A DNA stretch of 64,000 bases from Eledone cirrhosa (taxonomy: Eukaryota). The translations under genes were made by a program, and so were the position numbers. Within the stretch, counting starts at the first letter, position 1, and the number at the start of each line of letters is the position of its first letter. Below are positions 1 through 12,821 of this stretch, one piece after another. The DNA lies in NCBI GenBank assembly GCA_964016885.1, contig OZ024748.1, positions 19,592,001 to 19,656,000 on the forward strand. The letters run 5' to 3'. Below the pieces are notes generated by a model, which was not told the DNA's origin, made no database searches, and saw only the letters and a list, made by a program, of their open reading frames with translations.

Positions 1-236
1 AGAGAGAGAGGGGATAGAAAGGCAAAGTGTGAGGCACATAGATGGGAGAGATAGAGGCACAGCCTCTTGGGGGAGAAAGGCATATAGAGACACAGTGACG
101 CGAAAGAAAGGCAGATTTAGTGAGGCACAGAAAAAGGTAGGGATAGCGATAGAGAGAGGAGAAAAGACAGAGACACATAAATGGGAGAGAGATAGATAGA
201 TAGATAGAGAGAGAGAGTGAGAGAGAGAGAGAGAGA

Positions 237-289
<53 letters not shown>
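1..289. repeat. GA-rich low-complexity / (GA)n microsatellite
   Basis: Degenerate purine tract ending in near-pure (GA)n at ~206-289. Confidence 0.9.
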
Positions 290-292
<3 letters not shown>

Positions 293-883
293 ACGCGAGT
301 TCTGTTTTAGTCTTTCGTTTAAGAAACCAATTGTTATGAATTAGTTGCCAACATTTATCAACGTTTACAACTTGGTGGGATTTTATAAAAAAAAAACACC
401 CGAGATATCAGACTATACGTCTCATAAAGTTCACCATCGTTTCTCCAAATTCTAAATATATAATCCACTGGACCCATCCCGCACACCCCCACAGATCACC
501 CCATATAACAGCTCACAGACAACACCCCAAGCGCAACAACCTCCACACCACATACCACACACCCAGGCCCTCACACGTACACCAAACGCTCCATTCATTA
601 CACGCAACAAACAAAGCTCTACAGAAAATACCAGACGCTTCCCCCACACCACAGACCCAACACCCAACGCTCCGTAACCTCACACACAACACCCCACAGT
701 AGACACCCCACACATCACATCCGCCATCCCGCCCCACCCCATACTCAGTGGCCGATAAAATAAACGCCATTAATATTGTTAGTGACATATTAATGAGATA
801 TAGTTGTTTTGATTGAATTCTCCACATGTAAAACAGAAAATTTAAAATGCCTGCCTATTCTGTTCTCTGGTAAAGTTCAGTGA

Positions 884-1316
884 CCATACCAGAACTCCTG
901 AGTCTCGTTATCCATTAATATCTGAGCTACCATACCAGAACTCCTGAGTCTCGTTATCCACTAATATCTGAGCCACCATACCAGAACTCCTGAGTCTCGT
1001 TATCCACTAATATCTGAGCCACCACACCAGAACTCCTGAGTTTTGTTATCCACTAATATCTGAGACACCACACTCGAACTGAGCCTCGTTATCCACTAAT
1101 ATCTGAGCCACCATAATATAACTCCTGAGCCTCTTTACCCCCTAATATCTGAGTCACTAGACCATAACTCCTGAGCCTCGTTATCCACTAATATCTAAGT
1201 ATCATATAAGAACTCCTGAGCCTCGTTATCCACTAATATCTGAGGATGATACCAGAATTGACCCTTTTATCCACTAATAGCTGAGTCAACACACCAGAAC
1301 TCCTTAGCCTCGTTAC
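884..1316 (+). repeat. 46-bp tandem minisatellite, ~9.5 copies
   Basis: Unit CCATACCAGAACTCCTGAGTCTCGTTATCCACTAATATCTGAGCCA starts at 884, 930, 976; decays rightwards. Confidence 0.92.
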
Positions 1317-1693
1317 AGGTGGTGGGTGTAATCTACGTAATGCTGTATGCAAGAAAATAGAAATGAATTCAAAATTTCGCTTGAGAAGGAGAAAGAAGAG
1401 TAAATGTTAGCTGCAATTGTTAATGACTTTAAAATAAAATGGAGGAGATAATTCCGAGAATTTCCAGAATTAAGAAAATTTAATTTCAATGCTTTAATCT
1501 CTTTCTCAAAATCACTTATCTACAAGAGGTTAACTAACTTGTATTTTACTTAATAATGAATGTAATTGGCCGCTTAAGAGATTATAATTACTAATTACTG
1601 TGAAGAAAACATTCTATTGTTAGCGCTGTTAAATTACAGAACTATACAATAATCAAAACATCTTATAATCAATTAGTAAAGTATTATTATCAA

Positions 1694-1887
1694 GGGCCGT
1701 GGATTGGCAGTATCGGTAGAGGGTCAGACGCCATGCTTTGCAGCACAGAGTTACGTACCCTTATGGTCTGAGTTCAAATCCCGCCGTGGTTAACTTTGCC
1801 TTTCATCCTTACGGGGTCGAAATAAAGTACCAGTAATGCACTGGGATAATTGCTGGCCTTGTGCCAAAAGTAGAAACAATTATTATT
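1694..1887 (+). mobile_element. tRNA-derived SINE family A, full length
   Basis: A-box-like TGGCAGTATCGGTAG, B-box GAGTTCAAATCCC, central GCCTTTCATCCTTACGGGGTCGA..AATAAAGTACCAG, (ATT)n tail; about 20 related copies or fragments in the window. Confidence 0.88.
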
Positions 1888-2006
1888 GTTTGGTAAATTA
1901 AAAAAAAATAGTAAAGGTTAGTGCACAGAGACATCCAATAATTGATTTTAGACAGAGATCAAGAATTGATTTTGTTATTGTTTCTGATCTCTTTGATTTT
2001 GTTCGT

Positions 2007-2132
2007 GTTATAGGTAACTTGAGCCTAAGTAAAGCCAAGGAAGCCCACGAAACTGATAGGTCCAGGCTGACCTACAGGTTAAAGTGGGAAGCATTGGTGG
2101 ATAAGGAAGTCAGGACCAGGTATGCAGATACT
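2007..2132 (+). pseudogene. Possible RTE-clade LINE fragment (endonuclease-RT linker)
   Basis: Open frame VIGNLSLSKAKEAHETDRSRLTYRLKWEALVDKEVRTRYAD, more GC-rich than flanks; resemblance judged by eye only. Confidence 0.35.
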
Positions 2133-2142
2133 AATAAAAGGC

Positions 2143-2722
2143 GTTACGTCATAGAGAATTAAACGTCGTTACGTCAGAATGTAATAGAAGACGTTTCATC
2201 ACAGTGAAATAGATATATTACAAGAGTGCATTACAAGGCATTACATCATAGTAAAATAGACGTTGTTACGTCACAGTGTAATGGAACACTTTACGCCACA
2301 GTGAAATAGACATGTTACGTCAGAGTGCATTACAAGGCATTACATCACTGAAATAGGCATGTTACGTCACAGTTTAATGGAGCACTTTATGTCACAGTGA
2401 AATAGATATGTTACGTCACAGTGCATTACAAGGCATTACAACGCCGTGAAATAGACGTTCTTACGTCAAAGTGTAACGGAACACTTTACGTCACAATTAA
2501 ATAGACGTTGTTACATCATAGTGTAATGGAACACTTTTCGTCACAGTGAAATAGACATGTTACGTCACCGTGTATTACAAGGCATTACATCACCGTGAAA
2601 TAGACGTTCTTACGTCAAAGTGTAACGGAACATTTTACGTCACAATTAAATAGACGTTGTTACGTCACAGTGTAATTGAACACTACGTCACAGTGAAATA
2701 GTTGTCGTTAAGTCATAGTGCT
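2143..2722 (+). repeat. Minisatellite of alternating 24-25-bp subunits
   Basis: TACGTCACAGTG followed alternately by AAATAGACATGT, CATTACAAGGCAT or TAATGGAACACTT. Confidence 0.85.
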
Positions 2723-3083
2723 ACCTATAAATCTCTACCTCTATATCACTGTGAAGTAAAAGTCTCTATATATATATCACATCACTATATAATAGAAAAC
2801 TTGGCATCAAATATGACATGTGGAAGACAGGTGTTCCAAGCTACAAGCACCTTAAATGCCGCTCTAAACGGTCTCAAATAATAACGTTTAGATTTTATTT
2901 ATTTATTTATATGATATCGTTTCGTCTATTATAAACAGAACCTGTGATTCTGAATAAGAGTATCTTAAAATTAAATAAACATATATACTCTGTTAAAATA
3001 ATCTGCTTAAACCTTTCAACTATGGAGAAAAATAGATAAAATGTTATAGGAGAAAATAAGATCATTAAAGGCGTGAAGAGAAC

Positions 3084-3233
<150 letters not shown>

Positions 3234-3565
3234 AAGATAGAGACGTTTAAGATAACGCAAAAAGCAGAAGAAGAAAAAATCTTGAAATAGATACCAGATG
3301 AAATGAAACACTTTATAAAGAGAAATATAGATATATTTCTTAGAACGCCCCCCCCCCCCCCCGCAAAAAAGCAGGAAAATATAGAAGAAAAGACAAAACA
3401 ACGTATAGATATATTATCTTTAAAATAACAAACAGTGAGTTAAGATATTTGGAAAGATAACCTATTTTATCTGAACGATAACAAAGTATATAACGGGTGA
3501 GGAGGAGAAAGTGATACACAGTTTCAAGATACTCAGTAACATTCACAGAATTAACAGAATGGAAT

Positions 3566-3596
<31 letters not shown>

Positions 3597-3725
3597 TGAT
3601 TTCATTTATTAGCAACAAGGGCCGACATGTAGGGGACAATACAAAGACAGGGACAGTGGGGGTTTACAATAAGGTCGAGTAAAAGTGCACAATGGCAAGA
3701 CTAATTTAACAATGAAAATATAAAA

Positions 3726-3769
<44 letters not shown>

Positions 3770-3772
<3 letters not shown>

Positions 3773-4595
3773 TCCCTTCATAGTACCTTCTTTGAGAAAA
3801 CTGAATTTAGAGATCCACAGACATGGAACTGGTTGAGAAGAGGAGACCTCAAAAAGGCTACAGAAGGAATGCTAATGGCTGCGCAGGAGCAGGCCCTCAA
3901 AACGAAGTGCTTGAAGCACCATATCTACAAGGAGGAGGCTAGCCCACTGTGCAGGATCTGTGGAGAGAGAGAGGAGACTGTGGCTCACATTGTGTCCGAG
4001 TGTAAACACCTAGCCCAGACCCACTATAAGGGCTGGAGACACGATGTGATGGGCAGGGTGATCCACTGGCACTTGTGCAAAGTAAACAATCTACCACATT
4101 CTGAGAAATGGTATGAGCATAGGCCAGAGGCGGTGATGGAGAACAGTCAGGTGAAGGTGCTGTGGGATTTTAGGATACAGACGGACAAAAAACTGGAACA
4201 CAATAGACCTGACCTGGTGGTTGTGGACAAAGAAAAAAGATCGTGCCTGATTGTGGATGTGGCCTGCCCGTTCGACACGAGAGTGCAAGAGAAGGAGAGG
4301 GAGAAAATTAACCGATACCAGGACCTAAAGTGGGAGGTGAAAAGGATTTGGAACTGCCATGAAGTCAAAGTGATCCCGATTGTCATAGGCGCACTGGGGA
4401 CTATCTCAAAAGGTTTCCAGGGATGGTTAAAGAAAATCGGCCCCTTCACGCTTTTTGGAACGCTTCAAAAGGCATGCTTGCTTGGAACAGCAAGAACCCT
4501 CCGATACGTCCTGAATATCTGAGGCTGCAGGTAGTGGCTTGATATTCAATCCAACGGACTTTCCAGTTAACCAACATCAATGACTGAGATTCAAG

Positions 4596-4597
<2 letters not shown>
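3770..4597 (+). mobile_element. 5'-truncated R4/Dong-type non-LTR retrotransposon (CCHC knuckle + restriction-like endonuclease)
   Basis: Frame open from ~3770 (KSLHSTFF..WNWLRRGDL) to stop at 4522; CRICGEREETVAHIVSEC, RHD, RPDLVVVD..IVDVACP, KINRY, PIVIGALG; (AAT)n on both sides. Confidence 0.9.
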
Positions 4598-4680
<83 letters not shown>

Positions 4681-4682
<2 letters not shown>

Positions 4683-5030
4683 GTATAAGGACCTGGAGAT
4701 AGAAATTGGAAAAATGTGGAAACTGAGAACTAAAACAATACCAGTAGTTGTAGGCGCTCTAGGGATGATATCTAACGGGTCTAATGATTACTTATCGCAA
4801 ATCCCAGGAATCTCGCGTCTAGGAGAAATACAAAAGATAGTACTAATGGGAGCTGCCCATATACTAAGGAAGATTCTGTCAATATAAGTACATCACAAGT
4901 CTAAACACCTAAAGATGCATGTGTGTGTATGTATGTTCTTTCTTGAACATGGCGGACCTTGTTGTCTCATGAGGTCACTGGTTGTGACTTGGTGATAACT
5001 CGTATGAACATAAAGCAAGATAAATGCAAC

Positions 5031-5031
<1 letters not shown>
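4681..5031 (+). mobile_element. Second, divergent R4/Dong-type 3' fragment
   Basis: 4681-4887 reads KYKDLEIEIGKMWKLRTKTIPVVVGALGMIS..IQKIVLMGAAHILRKILSI*, homologous to the C-terminus of 3833-4522; followed by a UTR and (AAT)n 5032-5100. Confidence 0.85.
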
Positions 5032-5100
<69 letters not shown>

Positions 5101-5143
5101 TGGATTGGCGGAATTGAGTTAAACACGCATGGACGAAGACGAA

Positions 5144-5470
<327 letters not shown>

Positions 5471-5943
5471 GATGCACACATTATTTTTAATAGTTTGCCG
5501 TTATTTATATTTTTTTACCCAAGGAGGGAATCATCAGATGGTTAATATCAACAAGAAAATGTTTTTAATGTCTAGGAAAACACTGCCGGAGTGCCGTGCC
5601 TTGTCGGCATGCTATATAACTTCCAATTATTTCTATTGTTTATCTCCGATAGACCAAATACTTTCATTACGATCTTGTAATTTGTCTACTAAAATTTCTT
5701 CTCTTCGTGATGATACTTCAGTATTAGCACCGTGTCTGTATAAATTACCAATTCGTTTTTCTATTATGTGATATTTATCTGTAGTGCACAATTATCATTA
5801 ATTTGTTCCGTTTAGGTGGGTTATACTCTATTCGACGATTGTCAGGTGATGTCTCTAAATGACCAATAAAGATTTCTGTGAAATGTCATGATTATCTGGA
5901 TAAGTATTCCGCTGCTTCACATACCAAAAGATTGATTTATTCT

Positions 5944-5987
<44 letters not shown>

Positions 5988-6056
5988 ACACACACACACA
6001 CACACACAATTACACACACACACACACACACTCATATATATATATATATATATATA

Positions 6057-6205
6057 TGCAAGGTTTTGGATATGATATCGTGTGTCGAAACAAATATGTT
6101 TATACTTAGGGAGGGTCATATTGTTATAATATTGCCAGAAATAATAACAGAACATACCCACTGTTTGGTTTGGGTTGGTTTTCACTTCTGTATCTTTTAT
6201 ATCTC
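6057..6205 (+). mobile_element. Dispersed repeat next to (TA)n, same family as the arms at 44241-44381 and 44961-45136
   Basis: Shared CGTGTGTCGAAACA..TATACTT.GGGAGGGTCATATT..AATATTGCCAGAA..AATAACAGAACA..CACTGTTTGGTT. Confidence 0.75.
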
Positions 6206-6778
6206 CATAGTTAATTTATTTGGCAATCAATGCTTATCATTGATTTACCAACGGTTAAAAATACAGATATAAATATATATATATATTTAGTCTATCAAAG
6301 TTCTTTCGTCACACATCTGTGACATCATCAGAGAGGAAACATAATAGTACCACTGATGATATATATAATAGTTATAGATATAGTACCAGGAAAAACAGGA
6401 ACGACTAGGCAAGAAGAAGTGGTTAGAAGGAGAACATTTATTTAGAGTTCGTTCCTTAACATATGTTTCTGTACAATATCAGTCTACTAGCAAACTTCCA
6501 TGATCATTTTGTTTGCACACTTGATTCACACAAACGTCTTCGTAAACTCAGCATTTGATAAGATCAATTTTAATAATACATCGAAAACGGTAATACTTTA
6601 TATACATTTTAAAATTCATTTTTAAAAGATGTGTCCCTCTTATTTTTTCAATAATGTCACTTTGACGAATCAAAGAAAGAAAAAAAGAAAAAGAAAAATA
6701 TCCTAAAACATATTTCCCTTGCTATTTCGAACTTCACCTTTTCTCTATAACCACTGTTTTGTATAGAACCTTGCCTCC

Positions 6779-6832
<54 letters not shown>

Positions 6833-7060
6833 GTGAGGTTTTTTTTACAAAATGAAAAATAACCGAGGTGTCCTACACGAGTGAAAGTATAAAGTCTGTG
6901 GTTTTTCTCACATCAGATGTGAGAAAAACCACAGACCCTCCATCTCAACTCACCTTTTGAAAAGCAGAAGAACTGCGAAACCCGGTAAAGGAACCAAATA
7001 AATATATATATTTAAAAAAAAAATAAGACTCCAGTTGCATTTTCGATTTCATCTCTTTTT

Positions 7061-7147
<87 letters not shown>

Positions 7148-7781
7148 TATACATACATATGTATATGTCTATATTTGTATATACATATATATATATATAT
7201 TAAGGGTAATAAATGGAGAGTATTAAACACTATTCTAGTCGTTGCATCTGATTTTACCATGTTATATCTGCAGCAGATACTCTTAGAAAGTGATTATAAA
7301 TAAATAATTGGGCGTTGAATAATTTTTTAGAGTTGTTTTAAGAATATTATAAAGCCATCTATATCTTAACGCTGAATAATTTTGTAGGACAAAAAAAATA
7401 ACGAAAATAAATTACATTAAATATAAATCAGATTTTCACTTACTTTGCTCAAATAAACTCTTAGTGAACGTAACAGCTTGGAACGTAGGAAAAATATCAT
7501 ATGAAAAACGAAATATATATAATAAAAATAAATATAGAAAATAATAATTAAGTTAATTATCTGGATTACTTTATCTGTTTTATAAATACACCGTCTTATA
7601 TTTCAGATTGCATCATAAATAATAGAATAATTATTAATCTGTTTACATATTAAATTTGTCGTTTAGCAACTTTAAAAATAAAATAATACCGTAATGCTGT
7701 GCGGAGGCTGCTGGGTGTTCGTTGTAGAGGCGTTGTTGATAGTTACTGGAGGAATATAGCTGATTGATGTGACTCTAAATA

Positions 7782-8080
7782 TAATTATTTCTACTTTTGG
7801 CACAAGGCCGACAATTATCCCAGTGCATTACTGATACTTTATTATAATATAATTGTTTCTTTATTATAATATAATTGTTTCTACTTTTTTTGGCACGAAG
7901 CCAGCCATACCCAGTGCATTACTGGTACTTTATTTCATCGACCCCGTAAGGATTAAAGGTAAAGTTTCTTTATTATAATATAATTGTTTCTTCTTTTGGC
8001 ACAAGGCCAGCAATATACCAGTGTATTACTGGTACTTTATTTTATCGACCCCGTAAGGTTGAAAGGCAAAGTTAACCTAA
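7782..8080 (-). mobile_element. Three tandem truncated 3' ends of SINE family A
   Basis: Repeated TTTCTACTTTTGGCACAAGGCC..CCAGTGCATTACTGGTACTTTAT. Confidence 0.8.
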
Positions 8081-8153
8081 GTGGTTTGAGTTGTCGGAAA
8101 AGATTGGCGCTTCCTTGTAAATATATCGTGTCTTTGTGCACGAACACATGTAC

Positions 8154-8184
<31 letters not shown>

Positions 8185-8370
8185 TGTATGTATGTATGTA
8201 TGTATGTATGTATGTATGTATATTTATATATCTATATATATATACATACATATATATATATAGATATACATATATGTATATGTATATATGTATATATATT
8301 TGTATATATATATATATATATACACATAGATATACATATATGTATAATGTAATATATGTATGTATATATG

Positions 8371-8411
<41 letters not shown>

Positions 8412-8547
8412 GGGGGGAGGGAGGGAGAGAGAGAGAGAGAAAGAGAGAGAGTGAAAGAGAGAGAGGGAATGAGTGAGTGGGAATGAAAAAAGATATATAG
8501 ATATATAGAAAGATATATATACCTATATATATGTATATATATGTACG

Positions 8548-8600
<53 letters not shown>

Positions 8601-8869
8601 CTGAATCTTCCAAAATAGCTAACTACACACGTCTTCATTTTTTAAAAAATTGTTTTCCAGTTCTCTTTCTTGTCTTACTCTCATATATCTCTCTATTATT
8701 TAATGTCTTTCCCTCATTCTATCTTCAGACTAAGGTCTGATATCCGAAACGTTAAGACGCCGTTCCTACTGTATGTATGTATGTATGTATGTATGTATGT
8801 ATGTATGTATGTATGTATGTATGTATGTATGTATGTATGTATGTATGTATGTGTGAATGTGCTACTGGT

Positions 8870-9452
8870 AACATATATCCTAGTACAACCTGTCTCATGG
8901 TCGGGTCGTTGTCGACTAAACTGACAACCCCACCAAGGTTTCTTGGTGAGGAGGGTGACTTTGGATATCCTGCAGGACTAAAAACAAAACCTGTCAAAGG
9001 GCAAAGGAGCTCTTAAGAGTCAATGGCCATCCAAAATCACTGGGAGAGATGACCCATTAGCCTTTGTCAAGGCAGAATTCTAGGAGAAGGAAAACTCTGA
9101 TATAACACCTGCAACTCTGATGGTATCCAATGTTGTTGACTTCTTCTTCTTTTTGGTAAATATCATCTTGGTTAAGAGAGTGGGACTGGCTTTGTGCAGT
9201 GCCTTTGCTCACTATAAAAGCTTCATGCCACATGCATTGCTTTATATCTGGAGATCTCTCTGCACTTGTCGTCACATGGTACCATGGGCCCAGCACTATG
9301 TGTCAGTAATTGTCACAAGTGTAGTGTTTGTACCAGAGTTTTCAAGTCGCTGGCTGGACTAAAAAGTCACACTCGTTCAGCGCATCGGTAGGGGTTCTCC
9401 TACATGGATATAAAGTAGTGGCCGTACTCGAAAACGAGTTTGCAGCCACCAT
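8870..9452 (+). mobile_element. Putative internally deleted, non-autonomous RTE derivative in (TATG)n
   Basis: RTE 5'UTR-like CTAGGAGAAGGAAAACTCTGA; 9308-9391 encodes a terminal finger CSVCTRVFKSLAGLKSHTRSAHR*; 3' hairpin CTCG-AAAA-CGAG..GCAGCCACCAT. Confidence 0.6.
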
Positions 9453-9518
9453 GTATGTATGTATGTATGTGTGTATGTATGTATACATGTATTTATGTAC
9501 ATATGTATACATGTATGT

Positions 9519-10606
9519 CTCAAGAAAACCGTCGTCATGTACCAACCTGCACCTGGTAGGCAGTACACTGAACCAAACATCTATGTGTATGGCAAACGAC
9601 TTGGAGTGGTTGATCAGTTTGTCTACCTGGGAAGCACTGTCAATCGATACGGCAACCTTGACAGTGAAATCTCACTTAGGATTAGGAAAGCAAGTGATGC
9701 TTTCGGAAAGCTAGAAAGGCGACTCTGGGGTCGGCGAGACATATGCAGGAGGACAAAGGTAAAGGTGTACAGGGCATGTGTACTCTCTTGTCTTCTTTAT
9801 GCCTGCGAGACCTGGGTCACATATCGACGCCACCTTAAGCAATTGGAGCGTTTCCATCAGATGTGTCTCAGACGGATACATGGCGTTCACTGGAGGGACC
9901 ACATCAGTGATGTCGAGATTTTGGAAAGCTCTATGTGTGACAGTATAGAAGCTCTTGTGCTTAAGCAGCGACTCCGTTGGAGTGGTCACCTTGCCAGGAT
10001 GAAGGATTCTAGAATACCAAAACAACTCTTCTATGGAGAGTTGGTTAAAGGAAAACGACCGCCACATAAACCAAAAAAGAGGTATAAGGATTCCTTGAAG
10101 GCCTCTCTGAGAGACGCTAACATCTCTGCTGATACATGGGAAAATATTGCTGCTGATCGTAATAAATGGAGAAAGACTGTATATGAGGGAAAAGTTGCCT
10201 TTGAGGCATCTCGAATCGCACACGAGAAAGTAAAGCGGGACGTGAGGAAGGGTATTGCTGTTGCACTTCCAGACGGCGAGGGTCCTCATATGTTTCTGAC
10301 ATGCAGCGTCTGTGCGAGACTCTGCCTAAGCAAAGCTGGACTCGAAAGTCATCTTCGCAGTCATAAAGTAAGACCAGTGGTTGACTACCAGGCTGCTGTT
10401 GGAGATGCTACTCATCATGCTTGCCAAACATGTGGTAGAGAATGTAAATCAGCAGGAGGACTCAAGCGACATGCAAAAGTACACGAACTCCAACCACAGC
10501 CGACTATTCCCAGTAAATGTTTTGGTTGCCGACTCTGTGCAAGACATTTTAGATCATTGGCTGGGCTAAAAAGCCACATTCGATCGCAGCACTGTTAGTT
10601 GCTATC

Positions 10607-10644
<38 letters not shown>

Positions 10645-10723
10645 GCTTATGTGCGTGCGTGTGTGTGTATATATATATGAATATGTATATTATTATTGTT
10701 GTTGTCGTTATTATTATTATTGC

Positions 10724-10778
<55 letters not shown>

Positions 10779-10900
10779 GTTATTAATGTATGTGTGTATA
10801 TATGTGTGAGTGTATGTGTATGTATGTGTGTGTGTATATATGTATGTATGTGTATGTATGTGTGTGTGTATATATACGTGTATATATATATATATGTATA

Positions 10901-10931
<31 letters not shown>

Positions 10932-10943
10932 CTTTTCCCTTTT

Positions 10944-11022
<79 letters not shown>

Positions 11023-11084
11023 TTTTTTTTTTTTTTTTTTTATTGTGCAATGGCCATACTCGATAACGAGGGGGCAGCCATCAT
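9519..11084 (+). mobile_element. 5'-truncated RTE (BovB-like) LINE; RT C-terminal region plus three C2H2 zinc fingers
   Basis: Open frame to 10598: VDQFVYLGS, RIRKASDAFGKL, LLYACETW, QRLRWSGHLARM..RIPKQLFYGEL, DRNKWR, three CxxC..H..H fingers; 3' terminus at 11045-11084. Confidence 0.9.
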
Positions 11085-11699
11085 GTGTGTATGTATTTAT
11101 GTATTTATGTACGTATGCATGTATGTATGCATCTATGCATCCATGTATGTTTGTATGTATGTATAGATGTATAGATGTATAGATGTATGTGTGCGTATGC
11201 ACCTATATATGTATGTATGCTCGTACGTATGTATGCATATATGTATATACGTATGTATATATGTTTATATGTGTATGATTTTTGTCTGTAAGGCTTTCTG
11301 ACATATGTGCATAATTTCTGCATTATTTTTTATATTTGTTGTTCTCATTATCCACCCACCTCTTGTCATTTCCACCCTCATCCTCAACCTCACCCTGACA
11401 CTCTCATAATCACCATCACTCTCAGTATCACCAACATCAATCTCACCATCTCCCTCACCATCATCATCAACATTACCACTACTTATCTACCTCTCTCTCT
11501 ATCTCTATCTTTCTTTCTCCTTCATTCTACCATTTGTTTTTGTGAAAGCTCAGTAATATCTTGTGTAAATGATATGCTCTTGGTTTTGTAACTTTTTACA
11601 GCCTCAGCATATATTGTCTAAATATACGTTATCCTCGTGTGACATCTTTGGTAATTTTTGATCTATTAAATTGAAATTAAATGAAATGGGATAAAATCT

Positions 11700-12262
11700 A
11701 TAGCTCACACCTATGCAAGTTTCACTGGCCTCCTACGAGTTGGTATCTTATAGGAGGTTTCTTTGGGGTGCATTGATGCTAGGAACACTTGCCCTGTCAT
11801 TTTGGTTTTGGTACAGCTCACACCTATGCAAGTTTAATTGACCTCCTACGAGTTGGTATCTTATGGGAGGTTTCTTTGGGGTGCTTTAAGTTTAACTAGC
11901 ATCCTACAAGTTCGTGTCTTATAGGCGGTTTATTTGGGGTACTTTAATACTAAGGGCCCCAACCCTATCATGTTGCTTTGGGTACATCTCACACCCATGC
12001 AGGTTTAACTGGCCTCCTACCTGATTGTATCTTATTGGAGGTTTCTGGTGGTGCTTTAATGCTTTCAACCTACCATAATTGTTTTGTTGCAGCTCACATC
12101 TGTACGGGTTTATATGGCTTTCTTCGAATTTGTAGAAAGTTTCTTGTGTATTTTAATAAAAAGACATAAGTCCTATAATGTATCTTTGGTACAGTTTACA
12201 CCTATGCAATTTTCGCTGGCCTCATACGTCCTTTATCTCATAGGAGGGTTTTCAGAGTTTCT
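11700..12262 (+). repeat. Degenerate tandem repeat, ~5-6 copies
   Basis: Recurrent CACACCTATGCAAGTTT.ACTGGCCTCCTACGAGTTGGTATCTTATAGGAGGTTTCTTTGGGGTGC. Confidence 0.8.
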
Positions 12263-12283
12263 TTGCTACTACGTACTCCAGAT

Positions 12284-12431
12284 CAGTATCGGGAGAGGGT
12301 CGGGCGTCATGATTTGAGTTCAAATCCCGCTGAGGTTAACTTTGCCTTCCATTCTTACGGGGTCGATAAAATAAAGTACCAGTAATGTACTGGGTAATTG
12401 CTGGCCTTGTGCCAAAAGTAGAAACAATTAT
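12284..12431 (+). mobile_element. SINE family A (internally deleted head)
   Basis: Matches 1694-1887. Confidence 0.8.
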
Positions 12432-12449
12432 AATGCCAGGCGAACTGAA

Positions 12450-12551
12450 GCGTCTTGCTTAAGATCATAACACACAACCCGGTCCAATAATTGAACCTAA
12501 GAACTAAGGATCGTGAGTTCTACGCCGTAACAACTAAACCACGCACCTCCA
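12450..12551 (-). mobile_element. Degenerate tRNA-derived SINE family B head
   Basis: Reverse complement TGGAGGTGCGTGGTTTAGTTG..GGTTCAATT..TCTTAAGCAAGAC. Confidence 0.55.
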
Positions 12552-12768
12552 TACTTTTAGAGAGAGGCGAATCAATCATATTTTTGTAATCAATCATATC
12601 ACCTTTCTAATCGATCATATCACCTTCGTAATCGATCATATCTTCTTTAAAATCAATCATATTATCTTGGTTTCTATCCTACAATGTGATATCTTCGTCA
12701 AATGTAATTTACCTACTTATTGTCGTATTGAGTACATTTTAGTATATTTGCTATGACGTTATACAGCC

Positions 12769-12821
<53 letters not shown>

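Noticed and set aside
884-1316. CRISPR-like appearance of the 46-bp array (also the 38-bp and 25-bp arrays)
   Set aside because: Units are contiguous with no unique spacers, no cas genes, eukaryotic context
6420-6780. Possible GIY-YIG endonuclease remnant next to the HHR-like motif
   Set aside because: The frames I translated are interrupted and only a weak RRRLCES resemblance was seen; not supportable without an HMM search
9459-10598. Host C2H2 zinc-finger gene
   Set aside because: Fingers are fused to RTE reverse-transcriptase C-terminal motifs, and the start codon lies in a microsatellite
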